Part shown: one piece after another, positions 29,594-39,012 of the stretch
Layout of the letters: each line of letters begins with the position of its first letter
Numbering within the stretch: the stretch's first letter is position 1
IMG/VR virus record: IMGVR_UViG_3300034374_006354
Length of the DNA: 64,000 nt
Origin: an uncultured virus (IMG/VR IMGVR_UViG_3300034374_006354)
Taxonomy: Duplodnaviria; Heunggongvirae; Uroviricota; Caudoviricetes
Direction: 5' to 3' (one strand)
Translations under genes and position numbers: made by a program
Notes under the pieces: generated by a model
Told to the model about the DNA's origin: nothing
What the model saw: the letters and a program-made list of their open reading frames with translations, nothing else
Databases searched by the model: none

Positions 29594-30061
29594 TTACACC
29601 TCCTCAGTTGGGCTATAAAGGACTTCTATAAGTCCTCTAACGGGTTTCCAAATTTGTTGTCCATCGCCTATCCCTGCATCTACGATCTCTAAATCGAAGA
29701 AGCCATAGACAGGCTTATTAGGTTCGGGTTCAGTGGCCCAAGTAGCAATTAAATCATCTGTAACTACTACTTTAAAAATATTATCGGTAGTATCATCATC
29801 AATAATAGGTAATGATGTGATTGTACCACCCGCTCTTGGAGCAGTAGGTTGGGTACCTAACCCATCATTATCCCCTTCGACTACTTTAGCAGTCACAGTG
29901 GCACCATTCATGTTAGTCATCCAGTTAGCTGTAAACTCTAGATGAATCTGCTCACCATGGACTACGGAACATAATACAGAACCATTATCTTCCGTTAAGT
30001 CCTTACTAGGGGAAGTAATACGTGCGCGTCCATCAGCGCTGGTAGATGTACTTCTAGCCAT
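29594..30061 (-). CDS. putative virion structural protein
   Basis: Abuts the fibre gene; beta-rich sequence. Confidence 0.55.
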   Translation of the reverse strand: MARSTSTSADGRARITSPSKDLTEDNGSVLCSVVHGEQIHLEFTANWMTNMNGATVTAKVVEGDNDGLGTQPTAPRAGGTITSLPIIDDDTTDNIFKVVVTDDLIATWATEPEPNKPVYGFFDLEIVDAGIGDGQQIWKPVRGLIEVLYSPTEEV

Positions 30062-30157
30062 TAGTTTTCTCCTTTGCCGATCCTCAGATGGGCAATAAAA
30101 GTTAAATTATAAAAAGGGAATCCCACCCTTTCTGCATTGAGCAGTTTAATAAACATA

Positions 30158-31387
30158 TTAGATTTCTTCAAACCAGTTAACTGCACCAATCAAATCAGAA
30201 TTAACTCCTGTTGCTCTAACACACAGTATAAACTCATCGGGTGTACCATCGATAGAGATTCCTAGGTGTAATGCTGTATCGTGAGCAAATGTGATTTCAC
30301 TATTAGCAGCTCCGTATCCGCTTGCTAATACTGTACCACCAGTTACGATGTTAGTATTACCTGCAGCAACTGCTGTTTGTACTCCATTATTAGATGCAAA
30401 AGTAAAAGTACCTGCAACTGAAGGGTTTCTAATAATAGACCAAAGAAAGTTATCATTGGTAGTACTAAGGATAGAGATCCCGCTTATATGGAGATGAATA
30501 TTAGGTTTAGCAGTATCCAACCTTATCCCACAAAGGGCATAGGTGTTAGTGGTAGAGTCTGCATCTGTATGGATAACTCCCTGATTAACTGTACCGTCTT
30601 CACCTATCTGATTAACGCCCTCAGTACCAATAGTAGAGCATACCATCTCCAAAGAGCCACTACCCTCACCGGCTTGTCTAATCTCATAGCGAATAGGCTG
30701 GTTAGAGTGAGTCATATAGGTACTAACACCCGCATTGGAGTGATTATACCTAGCTATTTCATACATTACACCATCAATAACCACGCAGAATCTTACAGAA
30801 CCTACCCCTAACCACTCATAGTCTATTTGGAGAATGAGTGATTTAGTGAAGTCTATAGTGATTCCTGATGGTCCTGAACCATCCATAGGGTCTGTCCAGT
30901 CTGCTCTTGCAATCCTTGCAGTCTGAGTTCCGCTCTTATAGATACAACAATAATAATCTGAACCATCAGATTCAATAAAGATACCATCAATATTAGTACT
31001 AAAAGTTCCTGTAGTCGCTGATTGGAATAATCCAATTCTCTTTGTTACATTTGTTTCATTAACAAAATTACAAAAAGTTAAGAAAGCTTGTTGACCCTTA
31101 CCTGCAAAATAAGGTGCTCTCTGGAAAGTTTGCCTGATGACATAATCTGCATCTGCAGCAGTAGTCATGTTAACAGAGGCGTTAGTAGTACTATGTACGC
31201 TAGTAGCAGTACCATTTAGTTCTTCATCTACTAATGCTGGATTCTTACTATTAGGGTGTTTTACATCAAGTAAAGTGGTAACCTGACTAACCCTTTGTCT
31301 ACCAAAAGCATCATTAGCTCCTGTAGGAGCAGGGGTCCAAGACCACCCACCGGGAATCACCCCGGGTGAATTAAATTCAATAGTCAT
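30158..31387 (-). CDS. putative virion structural protein
   Basis: 409-aa beta-rich ORF (DAFGRQRVS, IDYEWLGVGSVRF) in the tail module. Confidence 0.6.
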   Translation of the reverse strand: MTIEFNSPGVIPGGWSWTPAPTGANDAFGRQRVSQVTTLLDVKHPNSKNPALVDEELNGTATSVHSTTNASVNMTTAADADYVIRQTFQRAPYFAGKGQQAFLTFCNFVNETNVTKRIGLFQSATTGTFSTNIDGIFIESDGSDYYCCIYKSGTQTARIARADWTDPMDGSGPSGITIDFTKSLILQIDYEWLGVGSVRFCVVIDGVMYEIARYNHSNAGVSTYMTHSNQPIRYEIRQAGEGSGSLEMVCSTIGTEGVNQIGEDGTVNQGVIHTDADSTTNTYALCGIRLDTAKPNIHLHISGISILSTTNDNFLWSIIRNPSVAGTFTFASNNGVQTAVAAGNTNIVTGGTVLASGYGAANSEITFAHDTALHLGISIDGTPDEFILCVRATGVNSDLIGAVNWFEEI

Positions 31388-31395
31388 ATTATCCT

Positions 31396-31692
31396 CTAAA
31401 TAGTAATAGCTGCAACTACAGCTGAACCTGATGTATTAGTTACCACTACCTGATATTCACTAACGGTAACCACTTCCTGAATGATATCACAACCTTTTAC
31501 GGTTAAGATGTTTACGAAAGGAAGAGACTCATCAATACGCCCTTTAAGAACTAGAGTGTCTCCGCTATTCATGTTTGCTTGAAATACTGATGTTTGATTA
31601 TCGTGCGGATCGAAATACAGTATCCCACTCGTATAGGATACAGTATTATCTGCGGTTTGAAAAACCTTAAACCTTTTGTTCTTATCAGACAT
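31396..31692 (-). CDS. hypothetical protein
   Basis: GGGAG SD; first gene after the promoter at 31829-31845. Confidence 0.6.
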   Translation of the reverse strand: MSDKNKRFKVFQTADNTVSYTSGILYFDPHDNQTSVFQANMNSGDTLVLKGRIDESLPFVNILTVKGCDIIQEVVTVSEYQVVVTNTSGSAVVAAITI

Positions 31693-31828
31693 TAGGTTCT
31701 CCCTTTAATTAATTAGGTTAAATAACAATAACCCCTTCATATATGGATTCCTTAGTAGCTTCCGCTAAGGGGTTCTTATAGGGCCTAAGGGGGCATTAAT
31801 GATCATTAATAACCCCCGGGGCCATCTT

Positions 31829-31845
31829 CTATAGGGTGATCAATT
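31829..31845 (-). promoter_or_regulatory. Phage RNAP promoter motif AATTGATCACCCTATAG
   Basis: Identical to 59807-59823. Confidence 0.8.
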
Positions 31846-32013
31846 CTTTAATTGCTCTACTACGATTTTGGCTAAGATACCTACGAATGATCTTAGTTCA
31901 ATCAAGCTCATACTTTGCAACTGTAAATCAATCTCTTCTGGAGACATTCTAATAAGCTTCTCCATAGGAAGTCTTTGTTGGACTTCTGGCTTTTTATTTC
32001 CTTTATACTTCAT
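31840..32013 (-). CDS. hypothetical protein (57 aa)
   Basis: Manual translation MKYKGNKKPEVQQRLPMEKLIRMSPEEIDLQLQSMSLIELRSFVGILAKIVVEQLKN; its stop codon overlaps the promoter motif. Confidence 0.5.
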   Translation of the reverse strand: MKYKGNKKPEVQQRLPMEKLIRMSPEEIDLQLQSMSLIELRSFVGILAKIVVEQLKN

Positions 32014-32485
32014 TAGCTATAATTTCCCATCTCTCTGGTAAGTAAGGGGCAGATACAAGATCAATACGATAGAATCCTGATTGTTCTGTAGAGAACTCAA
32101 AAGATCCATCGTTTACTACTATGTCTTTACCATCTACCCTAATAACAGTTCCTTCCGGTAATCCAGACAGGATAGCCTCGTCGATGCCATCTGCTGTAAT
32201 CTCTAGTTTATTCCAAGAACCTTGAAATTGAGTTTTAGGGATTACCATCATGGTATTAATGTCTACATAGTGAGTTAAATACTCAACAGTAGAATCGTGT
32301 GCTAATTCTAAATAAGCTAAAGTCTCACCTGTAGAAGCCTCTATAGATTGTCTATGATGTTCTGCTACAGGACGACCTTTAATTGCAGGGACGCCCATAG
32401 TGATTAGCTTTTTGATCCTTCCTGTGTCTGGATGATATAAAATATATTTCATAATTACCTCTTTAACTGTATAATAGTGAAACAA
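32003..32485 (-). CDS. tail-associated protein (start probably MKYI near 32452)
   Basis: Directly follows the tail tip gene; ITADGIDEAILSGLPEGT. Confidence 0.6.
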   Translation of the reverse strand: MFHYYTVKEVIMKYILYHPDTGRIKKLITMGVPAIKGRPVAEHHRQSIEASTGETLAYLELAHDSTVEYLTHYVDINTMMVIPKTQFQGSWNKLEITADGIDEAILSGLPEGTVIRVDGKDIVVNDGSFEFSTEQSGFYRIDLVSAPYLPERWEIIANEV

Positions 32486-35400
32486 CCAGAGTTCACTGTA
32501 ATGTCATTGACGTTAGATATAGGTCTAGCATGACAATAAAAAGTCCTAGTGCCGCTTCCTGAAGAAGTGAAAGTACCCATATATGATACTGTTCTCTTAG
32601 TTAGGGGAACCGTTAATGCTGGACTGTATTGCGCATTAGATCCTGGAGAACCTTCTGAAATCCTTACCATCATAGTATTAGCAGTAACGGTAGAAGCTTC
32701 TACCTCCATTACCCACCAATATATTAAGGTAGTACCTGTGGCTTCTACGTCCATGGAGAAGGAGAAAACATCTTCATAAGTACCTGAATCATCCAACAAG
32801 CTTGTAAATATAGTAGCATCTGCATTACCTGCTGTAGCAGCGTTATCAAATAACTCAGCGGTATCTACCGAATCATCTGCCATTAAGGAGTTAGTGATAT
32901 TGCTAGCTTTTATATTACCAGTAGCGATGATGTCACCCCCTACAGTAAGGGTTCCTTCTTTTCCTTTCCATTCTAAGTAATCACCAGATTTATCACCAAC
33001 AGCGAAATCGTATGCAGCATCAGTACCACTTGTAGCAAGAATGTCTCTCTTCCTTAACCAAATACCACTACCTGTAATTGAACCACCAGATTGGGACATA
33101 GTACCTCCTTTAATCCCTACTTGAGGGTAGGAGGGGGTACCACTTAAGGCAGTCATAACATAAAAGTTAGGGTGGGTTATATATGCTCCATAAGTAGCAT
33201 TATTACCCATGGAGATACCGGATTGGCCATTAAACTCATAAGCATCCTGTCCTGTTCCGATATACATACCATTAGCTTCAAAAGTCCATCCAGATATCGC
33301 AGCAGAGCTACAAATCACAGAACCTTTAAGACGGAGGTTACCAGAGGAGTCAACATTAAAGTTTTGACTTCTAATTACACCATTGCCGTTAAGGTAGATA
33401 GCGGTTCCTGCATTACTAAAATTACCAGAAGTATAAGAGTAATCTGTAGATTCAATTACACCTGTAGTGATATTATCCCCATGAATAGTAGTAGCGCCAC
33501 TAGTGCTTAAATCAGTAAAAGTTACAAGAGAAGTAAAATTAAAATTCTGGAATCTACCAGAGAAACTCGGAGAACCTGTATTACTCCCAGAAGCCGATTC
33601 TGTCACTTCATATTTAGCTGCATAATAGCTATCACCCGATATAGCGGGAGGAGTTGTACTCCAATTGCTAGTTAACCCTACGAATGCCCCTGTAGAGAAT
33701 GTGTAACTAGTAGCTGTAGGATTTGCACCGGGATCTCCTGTAAGCTGATAATAAACGAAACCTGTCTTAGTTTTAAGACCTATATCTCCGGGATCTCCTT
33801 GCGCTCCCCAAGAGCTAATAAGAGAACCTGAAGACCACTCCGTATCAGCAATAGTAGCAGTGGTTCCTACCCCGATTGCTGGAGCTGTTCTTTTATACAA
33901 GTACTTTTCAGTAGCATCTACGTTAGGAGCAGTAGTAGACCATCCCTGTGCATCACTAAATACAACAGAACCATCAGCAAATGTATAGGTAGTATTCCCA
34001 ATAGGTTTGGTAACAGCCCCGCCACTTGACGTCGATTTCTTAAAGATTTCTACAGTAGCTTGGTTAAGACCTGCTACACCCTCTAACGATTTAGTAAGTG
34101 TAAAGTCCTTATCATAGTTTACCCCACCATAAGTAGCACGAAGGGTCCATGTGATAGGAGCAGTGGTAGCTGTGGGGGTTCCTGTTACCCAATAAGTTCC
34201 TCCCGGTGAAGTCATGTTCATCGTAAGGCCGTCTTGAGTAGCAGTACTAACAATACTATAGGTTACTGCACTTTCAGATCGTTTATTAGTAGATCCATCA
34301 AATAATTGGAATATACCTTGAGCACCTAAGTAGCTGTTACCTGCAGCTAATGTGTCTCCAACACCAGTATCATCTGTTGGTATGGAGTGAGATTCATTAG
34401 TTAAGTAAGCAGTAATATTATTAGGAGACAAACTAGCTATTTCTATTGTATCATACGCTAGTTCTACTTGATCTCCATCGGCAACTCCAACCCTTATAGT
34501 GTAAGGACCAGAGTCAGGATCTGGTACAGTAAACACAAAAGTATCGGTTGTAGCGGTAGCTCCATCTGTAAAAGATACCTCATCAGAAAAACCATCACCA
34601 GTAAATTTAAAGTAACCATTACTAACATTCTGAGCCGTTGCAGTGAGGGTAATGGATGTAGGAGAATTAAGATCTCCATCTTTATCATAGTCAATAAAAT
34701 ATTGAGTTGCAGTTAATTTTACAGTAACAGCATTAGCTCCTGCCGCACCGGGAGCACCGGGAGCACCAGCTAACCCGTCTGTTCTTTGAGCATAGATAGT
34801 AGGGGAAGACCATGTGGTTGTAGCTGCTGTTTCTATATTAGACCCTACGAATAAACCTACAGACACATATACAGTATCACCGTTGGATGTTAGAGCAGGA
34901 ATGCTATCATCCCAACCATCTACTCCGGTAGGAGTAGGATTAGTGAGTGTACTGTTAGTAAAGTTGTATGATCCTCCTGTAGGTTGAGTATTATCATTTT
35001 TCCTATAGATATAAACTTCAGCAGTAGCATTACCTTCAATTTGAAAAGGAGTATCCCATGTATATGTATCGCTATCTACAGGAGTAGTCCCTTGAGAAGC
35101 CCATAAAGTATCTGTACCTGTAGTACCGGAAGGGGTATCTGCCCATCCTGCGGGAATACCTGTAGAGGGTGCAGGAGTCGACGGAGCACTTACGCTTCTT
35201 TGGAATATGATATTTACATTGGCACCATTAGTACCAATCTCTACTCCTGTTACAGCCAGTTTTCTTGTTGTGGTGAATACAGCATACCCTGGTAATTTTA
35301 ACTGTAATGTAACAGAGATAATACCGCTAGCACTAAAGTTACTAGTAGTAGTCTCAAAATAATTTTGACCTAAAGTATAAGCTGTGTCTGATCTAGTAAA

Positions 35401-37854
35401 AGTTCCTGTATTAGAAACACTAGACACCCACCACTCGAAATCACCAAGATCATTAGTATCTCCCGTATAATCAATACGGGTCATCTCTTGTGCACCAATA
35501 AACGCTTCTAATCTTGCTGTAGCATCAGGTGAAGTGTATCCACCACCTGATTGCTCTACCCAAGAAATATTTTGAATATCCCAAGCAAAACTCCAAGCTG
35601 AAGCTGCAGCGGTTACCACATTAACTGGACCAATGACTACCTCAGAAGGATCTGAGCGTTTGCCTGTTTGAGATACTGATCTAGCACGGATATAAACATC
35701 TTCTTCAGGTTCACCAATGTTCATGGTAAACTGTTCGTTCTTAGTACGACCTGCTATAAACCAATCATCGTCATCTGTGCTATTCGATTTAGCCCATTCA
35801 ATTTCATAGTAATCAAAAGCATTACTATTGCTTACTTCAAATCTTAAGAATACTGCAGATTCAGTAGGTAATACACGATACCCATAAGAAGTAGGGTTAT
35901 CAATATTAGCTTCTGAGATTTCTGTATTAGTAAGAGTAGGTGGGAAGATTTCAAATGAAATGTGTCTATCATAAGGACTCACGATTTCATCAGTGATATT
36001 CCATGCGAAATCAGAGGAATTAATTCGAGTACCTGAAACTTTTACGGTAAGGAGTTCAGTTAGTTCTACACGATCTACCCGCATAATATCATCATCGCTG
36101 GTTAAGCTATTGATAACACTATTTAGTTTAATTACATCTCCCGGTTCAAGATTATACGCTTCTGAAAAGCACTCAAATTCATATTGAACCGCTCTACGGG
36201 ATTCCCTTACTGTTTGTTCAGCTAAGGCTCTAGCATGATAGGGGTCTGTATAACCGGCTCCATCTAATTGAGCGTTAAGTACTACACCATTATCTTCACT
36301 TAGGTATGTGGTACTTACTGCCCCATTTTTCTCAGGCCATGTTTGTGTCTTCGCCTTGAAATTATCTTGTTCATCAAGATAACGAACAGAAGCTTCATTA
36401 AGTTTAATATCCTTATTAGGATAAGTAGTTTTAATTTGACTATTCTTTAGAATATCATCTGTTACAATAAGGTTGCTTTCTGCTTCTGCCTTAAGAGCAG
36501 CTTGAGAGGTCCAGTATCCTAATTGTAATTTAAACTTACCCTCAGACCAAATAAGATCTGCATTAGGCATAGAGTTAAGAATATCTTGAATATTCTCTCT
36601 AACAGGCAATGAGGGATCAATAGTAATATTACACTCATATAAAGGTAGAGTATCCGGTTGTGTATTGATCTTATCGATCATTGCACTAAGTTGGATTTCT
36701 TCAATATCCGCAGCGGTATCCATAGTAGGAGCACCATCTACTTCTGTCACCTCTGTAAGAGGAACTTGAATCTCGTCATTACCTATATCATATGTAGAGT
36801 TAGTAAAATCGATATCATAGTGACCACCGTCTTCATGCACGATTTGTCCTACATATCCTGCAGCTGCTAAATTAGCCTGGATAGTTGATACGTCTTCTAC
36901 TGAAATTTGATTCTTTGGTAAAAATATAGAGATATAGTTATTACCTCCAATAGTTCTACCATAGAGCGGAGTATTTGTATAGGATGCGGAGTTACCTTGC
37001 CATATATAACCCCTTCTCTCAACCGTTCCTAATCCTGCAGCAGGGTTTACAGTTTGGGCGCAAGTAACAGCAGCGTTATAGAAGGATTCCAAATCAATTT
37101 CAGAATTATCTAAACCCATTCCATAATCACCGGTCATATAATCTAATAGAACTAATGCCGGATTATTAGTGTATGTTAAAGTGCCTGCGCGGTTATAAGT
37201 ATAGTTGCCTCCACCTGCATCTACGACTTGCGGTATCTTTTTACCTTTTACATAAAACTTTAAGTCAGGAATTTGGTAGTATTGTGGATTATCTCTATCA
37301 AGCCAAAATGAAGTAGTACAAAAAGCTAAATCTGTGAACTTGTTGGTAGATAGCATACCGTTAGCTGTTGCTAAAGGACAAGCTGTTCCTCCATTATTAT
37401 ATTGGACAATAATATGTCCGCCTTCTTCATCTTGAGCTCTAGTAAACTCTTTATCATTATAAGGCAAGTCATCTACTTGAATGTACTTAACTTCTTCAAT
37501 CTCACCTTGGCAAATTGCATATTGTCCTATGAGAAATCTATTTCTATGCTTTCTATCTTTATAATCAAGATTGGTGCCTACAGTAAACCTTGAATTTGAT
37601 AACCAAGTGGAATCCGCTCCCGGTGTTGCTGCATAGATATGATCGTGTTGTGTAATCACATCAGCAAGAATACCACCAACCATCTGCCTACCATACACAA
37701 TAGGTATAGGGGAAGATTCTCCTTTAATAGTTAACTGAAAACCTTTTCTTTCATCCGCTTCTGCTTCTGCTTTCTTCTGGGCTTTCCTTTGTTTTCTTTG
37801 TTGAATAACACTAGTTACAATCGAGATTACAGCTAGAATAATATCTAATACCAT
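32455..37854 (-). CDS. Tail tip / central fibre protein (1799 aa)
   Basis: PIPIVYGRQMVGG, YTNNPALVLLDYM, LEPGDVI, an FN3-like region and a collagen-like GAPGAPGAAG stretch; position after tape measure and distal tail genes. Confidence 0.85.
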   Translation of the reverse strand: MVLDIILAVISIVTSVIQQRKQRKAQKKAEAEADERKGFQLTIKGESSPIPIVYGRQMVGGILADVITQHDHIYAATPGADSTWLSNSRFTVGTNLDYKDRKHRNRFLIGQYAICQGEIEEVKYIQVDDLPYNDKEFTRAQDEEGGHIIVQYNNGGTACPLATANGMLSTNKFTDLAFCTTSFWLDRDNPQYYQIPDLKFYVKGKKIPQVVDAGGGNYTYNRAGTLTYTNNPALVLLDYMTGDYGMGLDNSEIDLESFYNAAVTCAQTVNPAAGLGTVERRGYIWQGNSASYTNTPLYGRTIGGNNYISIFLPKNQISVEDVSTIQANLAAAGYVGQIVHEDGGHYDIDFTNSTYDIGNDEIQVPLTEVTEVDGAPTMDTAADIEEIQLSAMIDKINTQPDTLPLYECNITIDPSLPVRENIQDILNSMPNADLIWSEGKFKLQLGYWTSQAALKAEAESNLIVTDDILKNSQIKTTYPNKDIKLNEASVRYLDEQDNFKAKTQTWPEKNGAVSTTYLSEDNGVVLNAQLDGAGYTDPYHARALAEQTVRESRRAVQYEFECFSEAYNLEPGDVIKLNSVINSLTSDDDIMRVDRVELTELLTVKVSGTRINSSDFAWNITDEIVSPYDRHISFEIFPPTLTNTEISEANIDNPTSYGYRVLPTESAVFLRFEVSNSNAFDYYEIEWAKSNSTDDDDWFIAGRTKNEQFTMNIGEPEEDVYIRARSVSQTGKRSDPSEVVIGPVNVVTAAASAWSFAWDIQNISWVEQSGGGYTSPDATARLEAFIGAQEMTRIDYTGDTNDLGDFEWWVSSVSNTGTFTRSDTAYTLGQNYFETTTSNFSASGIISVTLQLKLPGYAVFTTTRKLAVTGVEIGTNGANVNIIFQRSVSAPSTPAPSTGIPAGWADTPSGTTGTDTLWASQGTTPVDSDTYTWDTPFQIEGNATAEVYIYRKNDNTQPTGGSYNFTNSTLTNPTPTGVDGWDDSIPALTSNGDTVYVSVGLFVGSNIETAATTTWSSPTIYAQRTDGLAGAPGAPGAAGANAVTVKLTATQYFIDYDKDGDLNSPTSITLTATAQNVSNGYFKFTGDGFSDEVSFTDGATATTDTFVFTVPDPDSGPYTIRVGVADGDQVELAYDTIEIASLSPNNITAYLTNESHSIPTDDTGVGDTLAAGNSYLGAQGIFQLFDGSTNKRSESAVTYSIVSTATQDGLTMNMTSPGGTYWVTGTPTATTAPITWTLRATYGGVNYDKDFTLTKSLEGVAGLNQATVEIFKKSTSSGGAVTKPIGNTTYTFADGSVVFSDAQGWSTTAPNVDATEKYLYKRTAPAIGVGTTATIADTEWSSGSLISSWGAQGDPGDIGLKTKTGFVYYQLTGDPGANPTATSYTFSTGAFVGLTSNWSTTPPAISGDSYYAAKYEVTESASGSNTGSPSFSGRFQNFNFTSLVTFTDLSTSGATTIHGDNITTGVIESTDYSYTSGNFSNAGTAIYLNGNGVIRSQNFNVDSSGNLRLKGSVICSSAAISGWTFEANGMYIGTGQDAYEFNGQSGISMGNNATYGAYITHPNFYVMTALSGTPSYPQVGIKGGTMSQSGGSITGSGIWLRKRDILATSGTDAAYDFAVGDKSGDYLEWKGKEGTLTVGGDIIATGNIKASNITNSLMADDSVDTAELFDNAATAGNADATIFTSLLDDSGTYEDVFSFSMDVEATGTTLIYWWVMEVEASTVTANTMMVRISEGSPGSNAQYSPALTVPLTKRTVSYMGTFTSSGSGTRTFYCHARPISNVNDITVNSGCFTIIQLKR

Positions 37855-38462
37855 TATTTCTTACCCCATCTAATCTTAATTGAATCTGTGTTCTTATAAA
37901 TATTATCAAAGCAGGTATCTGTTGCATCAATAAGTTTTTGGACATAGCTATCACTAATTCTCTCATTAGTACGATCCAGAGCACCAAAAGGAGAAGAACA
38001 TTCGATTATAGCGTTCTTAGTTCCTTCGGCTGGATTAGTTTCAATCGAAACCCCATCTATCCTGCCTTTATAGAGAATATCTAAATCAGTAGTATTCCCT
38101 AACAACCCTAATCTGACGGTAACATCTGTACCGACTGCATTATTATCGAAGTATCCTTTAAATTCATTATTGAAATCAACTAATTCCAGCCTATATATTT
38201 CTCTGTCGGCTACATTAGTTAACTGAGGAGGGGCAAATTTAGTAAGCCCCCCATCAGAAGTATAAGTATTGCCTCCTACGGATAAATCGTAAGGAGCATC
38301 TGTTAACCTAACTGTTCCGCCTGAGAATTCCATATCCAAAATAAGATAAGGTTCTGAAACACCAGCAACCAAACCTGTAATGATTGAACTTGGAGTATTC
38401 TTCATTTTACAGTGCCTCAATAAGGTTAATTGTTCCAGCGTCACTAAGGACACCATCTGCAA
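37854..38462 (-). CDS. minor tail protein (start probably MKNT near 38406)
   Basis: Synteny and a C-terminal IRWG motif. Confidence 0.65.
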   Translation of the reverse strand: MQMVSLVTLEQLTLLRHCKMKNTPSSIITGLVAGVSEPYLILDMEFSGGTVRLTDAPYDLSVGGNTYTSDGGLTKFAPPQLTNVADREIYRLELVDFNNEFKGYFDNNAVGTDVTVRLGLLGNTTDLDILYKGRIDGVSIETNPAEGTKNAIIECSSPFGALDRTNERISDSYVQKLIDATDTCFDNIYKNTDSIKIRWGKK

Positions 38463-39003
38463 ACGTAATACCAGTTACATTAGTAACATCACGGTATGCC
38501 GTAAGTATAATATTATCAGAATCTCTATAAGCTAAAGCAGTTGTATCTGGTACTGCAGATCTTAATGAGGGGTAAATGTTTATATCCCCCGATCCAGAGT
38601 ATTCTGAAGTTACAAGATAAATTTTATCATGGTTAGCAAACTTAATAAATCTACCTTTTGCTATTGTACCATTAGCTCCTGTTAGTGTAATAGTACTATC
38701 ACCTGCTGAGTGAGCACCGGATACAGTAACCGCACTAGTAGAAGTGCCAGAACTAATAGTTGTCCCTCTAACGTTAAGCTGAGGCATAGTCATTGTAACT
38801 GTATCGCTCCAGCCTAATAACATGTCAGGTAAAAAGCTAGAAGCATCCTGCATTACTATCCCAAATTCTAATTCCCATCTTTGAGCATTTTGGGATACTC
38901 TCCTCGTCTTCAGGGATACTGAGTCAGAGGAGAATACCGGTTCATTAGATGTAATTTGAAATGGGGCAACAATGTCATATCCTAAGAATTGATATGCTGC
39001 CAT
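38407..39003 (-). CDS. distal tail protein-like
   Basis: Follows the tape measure gene; AQRWELEF, GRFIKFANHDKIY, IYPSLR. Confidence 0.6.
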   Translation of the reverse strand: MAAYQFLGYDIVAPFQITSNEPVFSSDSVSLKTRRVSQNAQRWELEFGIVMQDASSFLPDMLLGWSDTVTMTMPQLNVRGTTISSGTSTSAVTVSGAHSAGDSTITLTGANGTIAKGRFIKFANHDKIYLVTSEYSGSGDINIYPSLRSAVPDTTALAYRDSDNIILTAYRDVTNVTGITFADGVLSDAGTINLIEAL

Positions 39004-39012
39004 TATTCCTCC